Source: Planctomycetota bacterium (GTDB lineage: Bacteria > Planctomycetota > PLA2 > JAEUHO01). From it: 64,000 bases of DNA. Position 1 is the first letter of the stretch; the number at the start of each line of letters is the position of its first letter. Under the pieces are notes generated by a model. The model did not search any database. It was not told where the DNA came from and saw nothing but the letters and a program-made list of their open reading frames with translations. The position numbers and the translations under genes are program-made. The stretch is taken from positions 96,001 to 160,000 of the forward strand of contig CBDCTJ010000007.1 of assembly GCA_965222115.1 (NCBI GenBank), in the 5' to 3' direction. Shown one piece after another: positions 38,967-49,033 of this stretch.

Positions 38967-39167
38967 ATGGGCTGGTTATCGAAAGTCAAACGCATTGCCA
39001 AGCGGCACACCAAGAAGGCGTACGATGCTGGAAAGCGAACTGTAAGGAAACATGGGCACAAGATCCTCAAGAAGGCGGTAGTCGCCGGAACAACCGCTGC
39101 TGCAGGGGTCTTTGGTGGCCCCGTAGCGGGAGCTGCGGCAGGAAAAGTAGCAAAGGAGATTGTTTGA
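38967..39167 (+). CDS. 66-aa cationic amphipathic peptide (cecropin-like layout)
   Basis: GGAG RBS. MGWLSKVKRIAKRHTKKAYDAGKRTVRKHGHKILKKAVVAGTTAAAGVFGGPVAGAAAGKVAKEIV has 16 K/R versus 2 D/E and a Gly/Ala hydrophobic C-terminal segment. Confidence 0.75.
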   Translation: MGWLSKVKRIAKRHTKKAYDAGKRTVRKHGHKILKKAVVAGTTAAAGVFGGPVAGAAAGKVAKEIV

Positions 39168-39487
39168 TGACGACACTTACGAATGAAGAAGCAGACACGA
39201 TCATGAGCGAAATCGGGATGCGGCGCGCAAATGAAATCACGGGCCGACTGATCGATGACGACAAGATTGACGACGACCTTGCGGCCGCGTTGGTTGATGC
39301 CACGCAAGACCAACGTCTAGAAGTAGCAGATATCATGCTCGACATTCTCGGCCTCAATGCGATCTTCTCAAGCGCGATCAAGAGCGGTGACTCGCTGGAT
39401 CCAGATGAAGTGGACGAACTCCGGCAGTACGTCGGGGAACTCGAACGCGACTCGTCTGATATCATTGCGGCTCTAGTGAGTTCTTAG
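39167..39487 (+). CDS. 106-aa very acidic helical protein, translationally coupled to the cationic peptide
   Basis: AAGGAG RBS inside the peptide gene, TGATG overlap; about 26 D/E versus 8 K/R by hand count. Confidence 0.78.
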   Translation: MTTLTNEEADTIMSEIGMRRANEITGRLIDDDKIDDDLAAALVDATQDQRLEVADIMLDILGLNAIFSSAIKSGDSLDPDEVDELRQYVGELERDSSDIIAALVSS

Positions 39488-39509
39488 TTCGTGAAGTCTC
39501 ACAACTAAG

Positions 39510-39587
39510 AGACGCTCACATCATGAGCGTCTTCGCCTACAGCGCGCGGGTCGCGTGTCGCGGACTCCTTGATGCGACACGCGCCCC
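39510..39587 (+). terminator. Two consecutive stem-loops after the peptide/acidic-protein pair
   Basis: AGACGCTCA-N5-TGAGCGTCT and CGCGTGTCGC-N12-GCGACACGCG. Confidence 0.5.
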
Positions 39588-39750
39588 ATTCCGTGGGCTC
39601 CTATTCCGCGCGGATTCTTCGTTCAGTTCCATCTGAATTACGCGCCTTGTACTGTGCCCCTCCTACTGGGCCCAAGCGGACGCCTAGGATTAAGTCAAAG
39701 ACTTAACAATCGCCCAATTGGGTACACGCCACCTGATTCGTAGGAAGACT

Positions 39751-40641
39751 ATGACCAATCTAAGATCCGGTAGCCAAGGACGAGATGTGCGGCGCTTGCA
39801 GGAGCGGCTTGTGCAAGCAGAACTCCTGAATGGAGAAGTAGACGGAGTGTTCGGCGCAGCGACTGAATCCGCCGTACGGTCATTCCAGATGCAAAACGGC
39901 CTGACCGTCGACGGAACTGTAGGACCAAAAACAACGGCGTGGCTCGATGTTGTCGTTTCGGAATCGACAGTACTTGAAGAGGACAATCGGTTGCTGGCGA
40001 AACTAAGAGAGGTAGTGACGACCACCGCGCCGAGGCCAGCTCCTGCGCCCGTTGCAAGGGGTGATGCTCCGATGATCGGTCTAGAAAGCCGTGCTGCTGC
40101 GGTTGTTCTCGCGGCAACTTCTGAGTGGAATCAGATCGTGCATGAGCCGAAGGGAAATGGGTGGGAACGTATCGACGAGTACATTCGTGGACCAGAGGGA
40201 ATCGATTGGGGCTGGGAGAGTAGATATGTTGCAAACAGGCAATTTAAGTGGTGCGGCGCATTCGCTGCTTTCTGCTTTCACGCAGCAGGACTCAAACACG
40301 AGATTCGCAAGCGCGTCATGCCTTCCACGTATCGCATTCACAAGTGGGCGGCCGGTAGCACACGCATGATTCCACACCGAGACGTGTTGCCGGGCGACAT
40401 CGTGCTAGTCGGGCCAAATCAGGGCAAGATTTGGGGCAACCACATCACGATATGCAAATCCGTTGAATTGGCCACGGAATCCATCACCACGCTTGAGGGC
40501 AACGCAAAGGGCATGGGACCGGACGGTGCGTTCTACGAAGGAGTCATTTCGCGTGCGAGGCCCTTTGAGACTCCGAGCCTTCCTTCTCGCAAGTACCGAA
40601 TCAAGCACGTTGTGCGTCCTCTCCCCAGCGACTATGTGTAG
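39751..40641 (+). CDS. Peptidoglycan-binding domain + CHAP (Cys/His amidase/peptidase) cell-wall hydrolase
   Basis: PG_binding_1 LR.GS.G.DV..LQ..L...VDG.FG..T..AV..FQ...GL.VDG.VGP.T; catalytic WCGAF, PGDIV, NHITI, TLEGN; no signal peptide. Confidence 0.88.
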   Translation: MTNLRSGSQGRDVRRLQERLVQAELLNGEVDGVFGAATESAVRSFQMQNGLTVDGTVGPKTTAWLDVVVSESTVLEEDNRLLAKLREVVTTTAPRPAPAPVARGDAPMIGLESRAAAVVLAATSEWNQIVHEPKGNGWERIDEYIRGPEGIDWGWESRYVANRQFKWCGAFAAFCFHAAGLKHEIRKRVMPSTYRIHKWAAGSTRMIPHRDVLPGDIVLVGPNQGKIWGNHITICKSVELATESITTLEGNAKGMGPDGAFYEGVISRARPFETPSLPSRKYRIKHVVRPLPSDYV

Positions 40642-41523
40642 TTATGCATCGGGGGATATATACGAACTAGATATGTTCACCGAAACGAGTACGACCCGAA
40701 CTTGAATCGCAATCAAGCGTTCCAGAAATGCGAGCGCTGGAGATTCCAGCGATTGCCTTGCCGTGATGCGGCCCCCGAAAGGGCCAACGCGTCGACTCCA
40801 AATGATTTCGTCGTAAGGTGGGTCTCAAGTAGCACCCACTTTGGACGCCATAGAACTGTCCTCGGATCATGGAGAATGATTGGTATGTCTCGAGCAGCGA
40901 CACGCCTAGTCTTGGCTCTTGCTTCCGATTGCGGCGAGGAGAATCGGGTCGAATTGGACCTGCCCCCTACCCAATGCCTCCACTCATTTTCGAAGAACCA
41001 CTCTCAGCTGTCCGTTCCATACTTGTGATTCCGTTTCCTCAGGCGCACAGATGGAGGTCGATCTCAAGGAGCGGAACGGGATCGTGACTCCGAGTACAGG
41101 CCGCCGGGTGGGAACAACACCGTGCAGGGTCTAGTTGGAGGCATCGGACGTTGTACGGAGGATCGGCATTACGGTCATGTTGGCAATGCCGCACCACTTC
41201 AACTTCAATGCGGGCATCAGCGACGAGTTGAAGAAGTTCAACGCGGGAGGTGAGTACAAATTGTCACAGCGCCCCATCAACGTGAACCGAATCGAATAGT
41301 AGGCTGAACCGCAAGGCTCGAGATTCAAGCATGCTGATCAGCCAAGTCTGCTGCATGTTTCGTTCGAACACTCGTACGCCTGGATCGCTGAGAGAATCGC
41401 ACCACCCTCATAGTGTATTGCAACGAGATGCAGTGACGTGGAACGGCAACAGCCGATTCACGACATAGACGTGCTTCCCCGAAACCGCAACCTGCATCAA
41501 GTTCGACACTTGCGGCTTGCCCA

Positions 41524-41705
41524 CACCGGCCTGCCAAACCGGAGGTCGCAAGTTTGAGCATGTTCTGAGCTTGTCGAATGGGTTTCGTCACTCCCGTCAT
41601 TCCCCCTCCGATAGCAACTGCGTCGCCCGGCCACCACGCTACCTCCCCGCGACCGGGTGAGAGGATAGGCCGAAATGTTATTGGAGGCGGTAAGGGAGTG
41701 GGTCA
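41524..41705 (+). repeat. Decayed tRNA-Asp 3' half (with 24 intervening nt) plus ~105 bp homologous to the sequence downstream of tRNA-Asp
   Basis: CACCGGCCTGCCAAACCGGAGGTCGCAAGTTTGAG...CGTCACTCCCGTCA aligns with 31952-32003; ACTGCGTCGC.CGGCCACCACGCT...TCCCCGCGACCGGGTG...GGATAGGCCG...TGGAGGC.GTAAGGG aligns with about 32020-32110. Confidence 0.88.
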
Positions 41706-41810
41706 ACATGGATCGTTGGTTCGATCTAAACTTGGGGTCGCGCTGCGCGAGGGGCGCAAAATCGTCGCGATTCGACGGCCGTTGACCTTGGCTGCGCAAC
41801 ACAAGGTGAT

Positions 41811-42308
41811 TTACGACGCAGGCATGTCCATCCCGCCCCAGCAGTTGGCTGTTCCGATGTCGGCGTTGCCAGCGGCCTTGGCGTGCAGAAAGAGTTGCAT
41901 GCGGTAGGCCACCAACGAGCCATACGCCAACATGAGTATTCCGCTCGCGAGGCTCGCGGATTGGCCCCACGGCAGATCCACTTCGCGTTCCGACAGATCC
42001 TTGTCGGTGAACTCCGAAAACACCGCTCTGAGAGCATCTGCTTGGCGCTTCATTGCCGCCGGGAACTCCTCTGAAGTAAGCGAGTCGGCGTCCTTAGCCA
42101 TTTCGTTATAGGCCTCGAACGACCCTTCAGCCAAGCCGCGCGTGGCGCCAACGCCCACATAAGAAAGATAGCGCATCAACTCAATCGTGCTTCGCTGGGC
42201 CGGCGTAAACCGAAAGTCGAGCCCCTCGGCGGGAACCTTGCTATGTAGGTGGACTACGATTTGGCATTCTCGCAGCATCATGTCCAAGAGTTCTTGCTTG
42301 CTGATCAT
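41811..42308 (-). CDS. DinB-superfamily protein
   Basis: LDFRFTP.QRST.EL.RYL, four-helix pattern, YRMQLFL..K; GAGGA RBS. Confidence 0.75.
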   Translation of the reverse strand: MISKQELLDMMLRECQIVVHLHSKVPAEGLDFRFTPAQRSTIELMRYLSYVGVGATRGLAEGSFEAYNEMAKDADSLTSEEFPAAMKRQADALRAVFSEFTDKDLSEREVDLPWGQSASLASGILMLAYGSLVAYRMQLFLHAKAAGNADIGTANCWGGMDMPAS

Positions 42309-42637
42309 GGCGAATCCTCACGATGTGGTTCAAACGGACGAGTGTCGATGCGTCCGACGTCCAGTTCGGCCCGCGAAGACGTTCACGTGATTCGTAGGGT
42401 ACGAGAATAACAAGTATACGTCACAAGCGTACGTAAGGAGCGCACGGGTGGATTTCTTGCGAGCGCGACGAGGAGCCGTTTGTTCATCGCTTCATGAGTT
42501 CGACGGAGAATGGCACGCGCGAGCGAAGAACATTCCAGCGTACGGGCTTGATGGAGGCGCGTCTCGCCAATTGACAACGTATAGCGATGACAATGTATAG
42601 CGATGGCAGCGTGGTAGCTCACCATCGCGGTTCAGCG

Positions 42638-43201
42638 CTACTGCATGTGTACGGGCGGCCCTTGACTCCACCCAGGCGCAAACAGGTTAGAAGCAATGAT
42701 GGCCTGCGCCGCGCGAAACGCCGCCTCGTCTAAACAACTTTGCTCGCCCGTAATGGCGAATCCATCGTGATGCATCTCGCCGAGGCCCACGGCGACTTCA
42801 TGCGTGTCGATGGGCGGGCGCAATGGATCCCAGGGCAAGCCTTCAAAAATGCGCACACGCAATACACAACCAGTAGTAGGCGACCATTCAATCTCGTACG
42901 TAATGAAATAGCGAATGAGGCTTATGTCTTCTCCGTTTGAAAGATAGGCATTCCAATCGATCATAAAAGGGGAGTCGCGCGGTGTAGTTGCAGGGCCTCT
43001 CAACTCTTCACGTAGCGCGGACGTCGGCAGTGTTTCGTCGCTTGCGTTGAGCCTCCGATGGCTTAGGTAGGCGTCGATCGGAACAATGGCAATGGCGTTG
43101 TAATCACGTCCAATGAAGTCGAAACCCGAGCCTTGCCCGCCACTGCTTCCACCGCAACCACTCAGCGAAGCGATCGCAAGAATACAGAGGAGTCGGTGCA
43201 T
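42638..43201 (-). CDS. Hypothetical lipoprotein
   Basis: GGAG RBS; MHRLLCILAIASLSG-C lipobox followed by a Gly/Ser linker. Confidence 0.7.
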   Translation of the reverse strand: MHRLLCILAIASLSGCGGSSGGQGSGFDFIGRDYNAIAIVPIDAYLSHRRLNASDETLPTSALREELRGPATTPRDSPFMIDWNAYLSNGEDISLIRYFITYEIEWSPTTGCVLRVRIFEGLPWDPLRPPIDTHEVAVGLGEMHHDGFAITGEQSCLDEAAFRAAQAIIASNLFAPGWSQGPPVHMQ

Positions 43202-43572
43202 GGGTATCTCCGAGCGGCATGATAGCACCATGCGTTACGGCGCCACAACCAGAGTCTCCTCAATGACGACCCGGAACGCTTCCCCGTCCAACTGTTTGAT
43301 CATGAACTCGGTGCAGCCAGCATTATGCAGCGTTCACGTTCCCTGGCCATGGCATGCGCCGTAAGTGCGACAAGCGGGATCTTCACGCCTTTCGCAGGCA
43401 CTCATCGATCTCAGTGCCGAGCGTGGGCCAGGCACCCATGACATGGCATCAACATTCGGAGTAATCGGGTAGGCAACGCAATCCGAGCGACGAGAATTTC
43501 TTCCCGTTTCATTGATGCAAAGTGAGAGACTCTGCTGATCCGGTTGTGAGGCGTTGCGAACTCGAAATGACG

Positions 43573-46122
43573 CTACTTTGCCTGAAGCTGAATCACAACC
43601 TCTGCAGGCTCTCCGCTAAGGAGTCGAACGTCTTGAGGTGGAATCGTCTCGTAGCCAGGGATAGGCCCTAGCACGAGCCTATAGTTGCCCGGCTTAGCCA
43701 TCGTTATCCCAAGGGAACTATCCCCGTAGTAGATCTCGCGAAGTTGCTCAACCGTAGTGCCATTTCGCTGGAGCTCCGCACGCCAATGCATGTTCCAGGG
43801 AATGTTCGTCGTGCCTTGCATCAGACGCACGCGGAGCGTCGCGGTAGGCCTCACTTCGAGCGTCGTTTCGACTCGTGACTCATGTAGGGAGATTCGCTCG
43901 GGACCACCAAAATGGGTGTATCCCAACGATCGAATCTCGTAGTCGCCAAAGGGTACGCGAACTCTGAACGGCTGCGTAGGCGCCTTGCGTTGAATCGCCT
44001 TCCACCCCCTACCACTGTCGATCGCCCGAAACCCCAACGTCGAAATGGGAGCGTCTTCGTCGCCCGAGGTATGAACATCGAGCGTTGCAGGGGGAGGAAT
44101 CGCAATGCGAATGAACGAATCGGTTGGCGCACTCATGTCAATACTCGTGGCGTACCCGAAGTGAGGGAAGCTCAACCCATAAGGCCCTCTAGGTAGCGAA
44201 CCTGCATTGAACTTAATGACGCGAGGCTCATCGGGATCTGAAGTGAGCCCCTTACCTAGAGACAGGGACCGGAGAACGTGAGGCCGCCCCATCCCCGGTG
44301 CAGGGGTTGTACCGTCCAATCGAGATAATGACCGTGAATCAGAGTTGGTCAATCGATAAGGGAAGTGTGGCGTCACATGCATCACGATGTGATCAATGGA
44401 CCAATCTTGGGGAACCACCAATTCGCCTGCAACGATGGCGTGCTCGCGTTTCCCAGGAGGTGAATATCTCACTTGAACATCGGTCGATTCACCAGGCGCT
44501 ATGAGAAATCGAGCTTCACCGATATTGACGGAACCGCCGATGTCCCCCGTTAGATGTAAGCGTGCCAAAAACGAACCCGGAGTCAAGCCTTCGATGTTCA
44601 CCGTGCCCGAAGACGAAATGGTCCGCCTCGCTGTCACGTGTCGTGTAGATTCCGGTGGACCATAGAGGTAGAGCGTGGCAGGCCATGGGAGCGTATCGCC
44701 AACGAGCTCAATCGACACCGTACCTGCGCGATGCAGTTCGACCGTTTGCTGATGCCCGTCAAAGACCTTTATCTGAACGTTGCTCCACGCGTAGCCCGGG
44801 GCGCCTACGCGGTAGTCAACCTCTTCCATACCAACTTCGAGGGTGGTGATTCGGTGCTCAATAGGATTCATAACGAGGTCCCCCAGTTTGGCTCCAGCGC
44901 GAGGCGTTCGCTCGTTGACTTCGTCGTTTGACTGACCAGTCAGACTAATCATGTGGACTTCGGGGATCAACAACCCCGTCTCGGCGTCCACAACACGAAG
45001 CCTCAGATTGGGCACAAGGCGCGCATGGATATCGACTTGATGACTGCCATGTAGCTCCAAGACTTCATCGGGCGACATGATCTGAGCAAGCGCCGATCCA
45101 ACCTCGATGTACGAAAACATGAGCTGTGAGTGAGACTTACGGACATCGCACGTATAGCGTCCTTGATCGATCTTCGCTGTAATGAGTTCTTCGGTGTTTC
45201 CGCCCATGGACACCAAATGGAGTTTCCCTAAGTCGGATGAAACGGAGTCACCCCGCATGTCCACCACAGACACGACGCCCTGCACGCGCGAAACCGCTGC
45301 TCGCGGCTTGACGTGAGTGGCGATGTCATGCGCAGGCCCGGACGCTCCCTCGTCGGCTTCCTTCCCCGACTTGGTTGGCCTCACGCCAACGAGCACGACG
45401 GGAGACGATGTAACCTCACTTGCGATTGCGGGCAATGTCACGGCATCTTGCTCGGAACGTGCCATGACAACATCCTGGCTCTTCGGTTGCAACACGCGAT
45501 GAACAGCCCACCCTGCTGCCAATAGCGAAACTAGAGCCGTGGCCACGATCACGACCGGAGAGATCGAAAGAGCCACTCCTGGTGTGCCTCGAGCAATACC
45601 ATTCATCGACACGAATGCCAGAGGCCACGCGCGTCCTTCGCGATCTTCCAACTCTCGTCGAAGATCGGCCATGGCACGCTTCAAGCGAGTCTTGATGGTC
45701 TCAACGGGTGCGTTCAATCGTGCGGCAATATGGCGTGGCGCAAGATCCTCGAAAAATCGAAGTTCAATCACCTCGCGCTTGGCGGGCGACAGCTTGCAAA
45801 TCGCCGAGACGACGGACTGGGCTTGTTCGATTCGTTCCATACGCAAGTCGGGCTGCTCTTCCACCGCACCGATACGACTCGACTTCTCACGTGCGCTTCG
45901 CCTTGCATCAGATCGCCACGACTTACGCACAACGTTGCGCATGACTTGCGAGAGCCAGGCACGCGTGGTGGAACCCCGGCGAGGCGGCGACTTGAGTGCT
46001 ACGAGCAGTGTCTCTTGGAGCGCGTCATCCGCGGCCGCCGCGTCGTGAACCAATGCACGGGCAAGACGTTTCAACGGCTCGATATGCTTGACGATCTCTG
46101 CGGGTGTAGTGAGGGGTGGCAT
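43573..46122 (-). CDS. ECF sigma factor fused to a TM helix and a large beta-rich (carboxypeptidase-regulatory-like/Ig-like) extension
   Basis: L..LAR.L....AADDALQET, AWL..V.RN; region 4 LRFFE...IA.RL..PVETIKTRLKRA; TM at about aa 185-208; repeated beta-sandwich motifs (LRVVDAETG, GAPGYA, GLTPG). Confidence 0.85.
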   Translation of the reverse strand: MPPLTTPAEIVKHIEPLKRLARALVHDAAAADDALQETLLVALKSPPRRGSTTRAWLSQVMRNVVRKSWRSDARRSAREKSSRIGAVEEQPDLRMERIEQAQSVVSAICKLSPAKREVIELRFFEDLAPRHIAARLNAPVETIKTRLKRAMADLRRELEDREGRAWPLAFVSMNGIARGTPGVALSISPVVIVATALVSLLAAGWAVHRVLQPKSQDVVMARSEQDAVTLPAIASEVTSSPVVLVGVRPTKSGKEADEGASGPAHDIATHVKPRAAVSRVQGVVSVVDMRGDSVSSDLGKLHLVSMGGNTEELITAKIDQGRYTCDVRKSHSQLMFSYIEVGSALAQIMSPDEVLELHGSHQVDIHARLVPNLRLRVVDAETGLLIPEVHMISLTGQSNDEVNERTPRAGAKLGDLVMNPIEHRITTLEVGMEEVDYRVGAPGYAWSNVQIKVFDGHQQTVELHRAGTVSIELVGDTLPWPATLYLYGPPESTRHVTARRTISSSGTVNIEGLTPGSFLARLHLTGDIGGSVNIGEARFLIAPGESTDVQVRYSPPGKREHAIVAGELVVPQDWSIDHIVMHVTPHFPYRLTNSDSRSLSRLDGTTPAPGMGRPHVLRSLSLGKGLTSDPDEPRVIKFNAGSLPRGPYGLSFPHFGYATSIDMSAPTDSFIRIAIPPPATLDVHTSGDEDAPISTLGFRAIDSGRGWKAIQRKAPTQPFRVRVPFGDYEIRSLGYTHFGGPERISLHESRVETTLEVRPTATLRVRLMQGTTNIPWNMHWRAELQRNGTTVEQLREIYYGDSSLGITMAKPGNYRLVLGPIPGYETIPPQDVRLLSGEPAEVVIQLQAK

Positions 46123-46525
46123 TACCTACTGTATCCCACGGCGGTACATTCGGGTTCAGAGTGCCTTTCGTCTGATTACTTGGACAAACGCATTCGCTCA
46201 ATTATCGGTGCAACCAGTATCCCGGTCGTCGTTTGGAATGTGCGATTACCAAAACGTGTACCTGCGTTGGGTTTTCAATGACGAAGACTTGAAAAGGAAA
46301 CCGCACTTTCTGCCTCGGGCGCAACCGAAACTCGCCGAGTCACTGTGACTAAAGCATCGCTAGAACTAGCGGCATCGAGTTTCCGACAAGACTCCCATGA
46401 GGCAAGATCGGATGCAGAGAGCCGCAGGGACGCGTTTCGGCAACAGCCGATTTGTGACATGAATGCCTCACCAGTAATCCATAAGCATCGTTGGTGTCGC
46501 CACTTAAGACCCACCCCCACCCGCA

Positions 46526-46550
46526 TGTCGAGTGGGTCCCGTTACTCTGG
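46526..46550 (+). repeat. Weak att-like scar (tRNA-Asp 3' end with the same 5' flank as 41572)
   Basis: TGTCGAGTGGGTCCCGTTACTCT versus 41572 TGTCGAATGGGTTTCGTCACTCC (18/23) and tRNA GTCCCGTCACTCC. Confidence 0.45.
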
Positions 46551-46603
46551 GGCTGTCCAATAATTCTCATTTTGATTGAAATGAATTGGCGCCGAGTGGT
46601 TAG

Positions 46604-48844
46604 GTGGAGGTGATGGGACGCATATCAACCAGCATGTGGTCCGCTTGGCTATCTACGCGTGACAATAGTGTGTTCGAGGGGCTCGTACGACCCGAGTTGC
46701 CAGCGCTCTACGACGCCGCACGTAGGACCGGGCTTGGTTCGCACGACGCGGAAGACATCGTGCAGGAAGCCCTGAGTGAGTTGGCGCGGGATCATAGCCA
46801 ACGACCGGGCCAAGTCGGCGTGGGCGCATGGTTGATGCGTTCGGTGCGCCTGAAGGCGCTGGGGCGAATTCGTTCGAAGCGGCGTCGGCGAAGGCATGAA
46901 AGGCGAAAGCCCGAGCGTGCCGCAGAACGCCAAGGCGATCGACTCGAGTTTCACGATGAGATTGAGCAAGCGTTGGAGAAGCTAGGTGCGGCGGACCGGC
47001 AAGTTCTGCTGTTCCGATTTCTGTATGACCTCGACTACCGTGAGATTAGCTACGTCTTAGGCGTCTCGGAAAACGCGTGCCGCATTCGCGTTCACCGCGC
47101 GTCCACACGAATGCGAGAGCATGTAGGTGCCCGCGCGCCAACGATGCTCGCGCTGATGCCGTTGTGTGATTTGCCCAACACTGCCAGCGTGCTCGCGACG
47201 GCAACCAAAGCAGCAGGAACTGCAGGCGGCGCATGGGCCGCGTGGACCGGAGGCGTTCTCATGGGTACGGGACTGAAAATGGCAAGCTCCGCGGCGATCG
47301 CCGCGGCCCTCACTGCAGGCGTGGTGTTGACAACAATGGATCAAGAGCAACCCGCTCTGGATCCCAACAGCGAACCAGTCATCGTGGCTGAGTCGACAAC
47401 GGAAACGGCAGAACCTAGCCTCACGGTTCGCGAACGTCAGGCGTTCGAAACGCTTAACCCGACGGAAGAGGAAATCGCTTGGCTAAAAGCTCGACTGAAA
47501 GAGGAACGTAATCGCCGAGCACAGGCGCACGTGCAACCGAGCGACTCGGGCATTGACATATTGCGACGCGCTATCGATCACGGTATGGATCCATGGCAGC
47601 TCATGGCCGACTTCGAGCGGTTTAGCAGCCACGTGCGAACGGGCGAAGGACGGCGAGAGACGTATGTGGCGTCTGGAGAAGAAACGACCAAAGTAAGTCT
47701 TGCCAAGGCCCTGAAGGAAGGCGTGTGCGTGATCGAGTTCGGGCCTGGCATTTTTGACGTGACAGGGCTGCATTACCTCAGTAGGACGAAACCGATCCAT
47801 AGTCTGGAGTTCATCGGCGCAGGAATGAACAAGACAACGCTCAACATGGCGCGTCACGAAGAGTTGCTCGTTACCGAGGAACTCAGCAACTTGCGATTCC
47901 GCGATTTGACACTGGACTACGGCACAGAATGTGAATTGCTGGACGTTCGGGATGCAACGGCCGCAATCTTGGAGCGCGTTCGGATTCGAAACTGGGGTAC
48001 AGGCGCCGGATACAGCGCAGCGATCGGTGTAGCCGGCATGGCGTACCTAGGGTGCACAGACTGTGAATTCGAACACACAGAGGGATGCGGAGGAGGATTC
48101 GCTGCAGACTTCCGGGGACCGGGTGTCGCCGTTTTCGAGCGCTGTGTGTTTCGCGACATACGCAGTACCGTACTCGGGGATCAAAACGCCAAAGGGAGCC
48201 AGGTGTTATTTAACGGCTGCACGTTTACTGACTCAGCGCTCACGGACAGTCGCATAGGCACGAGAGACGGTACATCCTCGCTTGAGATCCGCGTAAAGAG
48301 TTCGAGCGCTACCTATGGCGGTACCGAATGGACTCAGGAATATCGTCGAGAGCGCTGGGGCACACAGTTCGCCGCAGAAATTAGGGACACCACGATTGAG
48401 CCCAGTCAGAATTCGTGTACATCCGCGGATCTAGTCGCAGCGTTGCAGCTTCTTGACTTGCCAAGCAATGAAGTTGTGCACCACGTCAGCGTGATGCGGT
48501 TTATGGAGGGAGAGATTAGCGCACTCTCCCTTAACGCACACGTGTCCGGCAAGCGACAGACGAAGACGTATACCTGCCTGCTCAAGGACGGCGAGTGGAT
48601 TGTCCGTGTCAACCCAAGGGGCGGTGGGTATGGATATCATCTAGCCGATGAACACAACCCACAGGAACTGACCACCTTGTTGGCAGCGGTGCCACCGGAC
48701 TATCAAATTCGTAGCGCAGTCCTGCAAATGGTAGGTACTGCCAAAGAGCCAGTGCCTGGCCTCTATGTAAAAGATGATCACGGATCGAAAACGCTCCCCG
48801 TCATCATTCACGCAGAAACCGGCAAAGTTCTCACGCCACGCTAG
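46604..48844 (+). CDS. ECF sigma factor fused to a TM helix and a parallel beta-helix (pectin-lyase-like) domain
   Basis: AEDIVQE, WL; region 4 FRF..DLDY.EIS..LG.SE.A.R.RVHRA; TM; FGPG.F, LEFIGAG..KT, FRDLTL, FERCVF, FNGCTF beta-helix rungs. Start uncertain. Confidence 0.82.
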   Translation: MEVMGRISTSMWSAWLSTRDNSVFEGLVRPELPALYDAARRTGLGSHDAEDIVQEALSELARDHSQRPGQVGVGAWLMRSVRLKALGRIRSKRRRRRHERRKPERAAERQGDRLEFHDEIEQALEKLGAADRQVLLFRFLYDLDYREISYVLGVSENACRIRVHRASTRMREHVGARAPTMLALMPLCDLPNTASVLATATKAAGTAGGAWAAWTGGVLMGTGLKMASSAAIAAALTAGVVLTTMDQEQPALDPNSEPVIVAESTTETAEPSLTVRERQAFETLNPTEEEIAWLKARLKEERNRRAQAHVQPSDSGIDILRRAIDHGMDPWQLMADFERFSSHVRTGEGRRETYVASGEETTKVSLAKALKEGVCVIEFGPGIFDVTGLHYLSRTKPIHSLEFIGAGMNKTTLNMARHEELLVTEELSNLRFRDLTLDYGTECELLDVRDATAAILERVRIRNWGTGAGYSAAIGVAGMAYLGCTDCEFEHTEGCGGGFAADFRGPGVAVFERCVFRDIRSTVLGDQNAKGSQVLFNGCTFTDSALTDSRIGTRDGTSSLEIRVKSSSATYGGTEWTQEYRRERWGTQFAAEIRDTTIEPSQNSCTSADLVAALQLLDLPSNEVVHHVSVMRFMEGEISALSLNAHVSGKRQTKTYTCLLKDGEWIVRVNPRGGGYGYHLADEHNPQELTTLLAAVPPDYQIRSAVLQMVGTAKEPVPGLYVKDDHGSKTLPVIIHAETGKVLTPR

Positions 48845-49033
48845 CAGTTTCGAGGCGTTCCGTGAAATCCCCGAGGACATGACTGCAACTCGCAGATCGC
48901 CCTGTTTTCTTTGGGCGAGCAGGCCACGGTGAATGGATGGACTTCACCCTTCGCGATTTACGGGAATGTAGAGCACGGCCGCGAAACGGAGCAGATGTCT
49001 ATTGCCAAGAAGATGCGAGGACTTCATGCGAGT

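Larger units (their letters stand above)
32004..41599. mobile_element. Genomic island integrated at tRNA-Asp (no integrase visible; probably decayed)
   Basis: Bounded by tRNA-Asp and a degenerate tRNA-Asp 3' half at 41524-41599; contains an IS remnant and non-housekeeping cargo; sequence looks less GC-rich than the left flank (not computed). Confidence 0.75.

Noticed and set aside
40667-41520. Short ORFs at the right end of the island as an integrase remnant
   Set aside because: No R...HxxR...Y or serine-recombinase motifs seen; probably decayed sequence.
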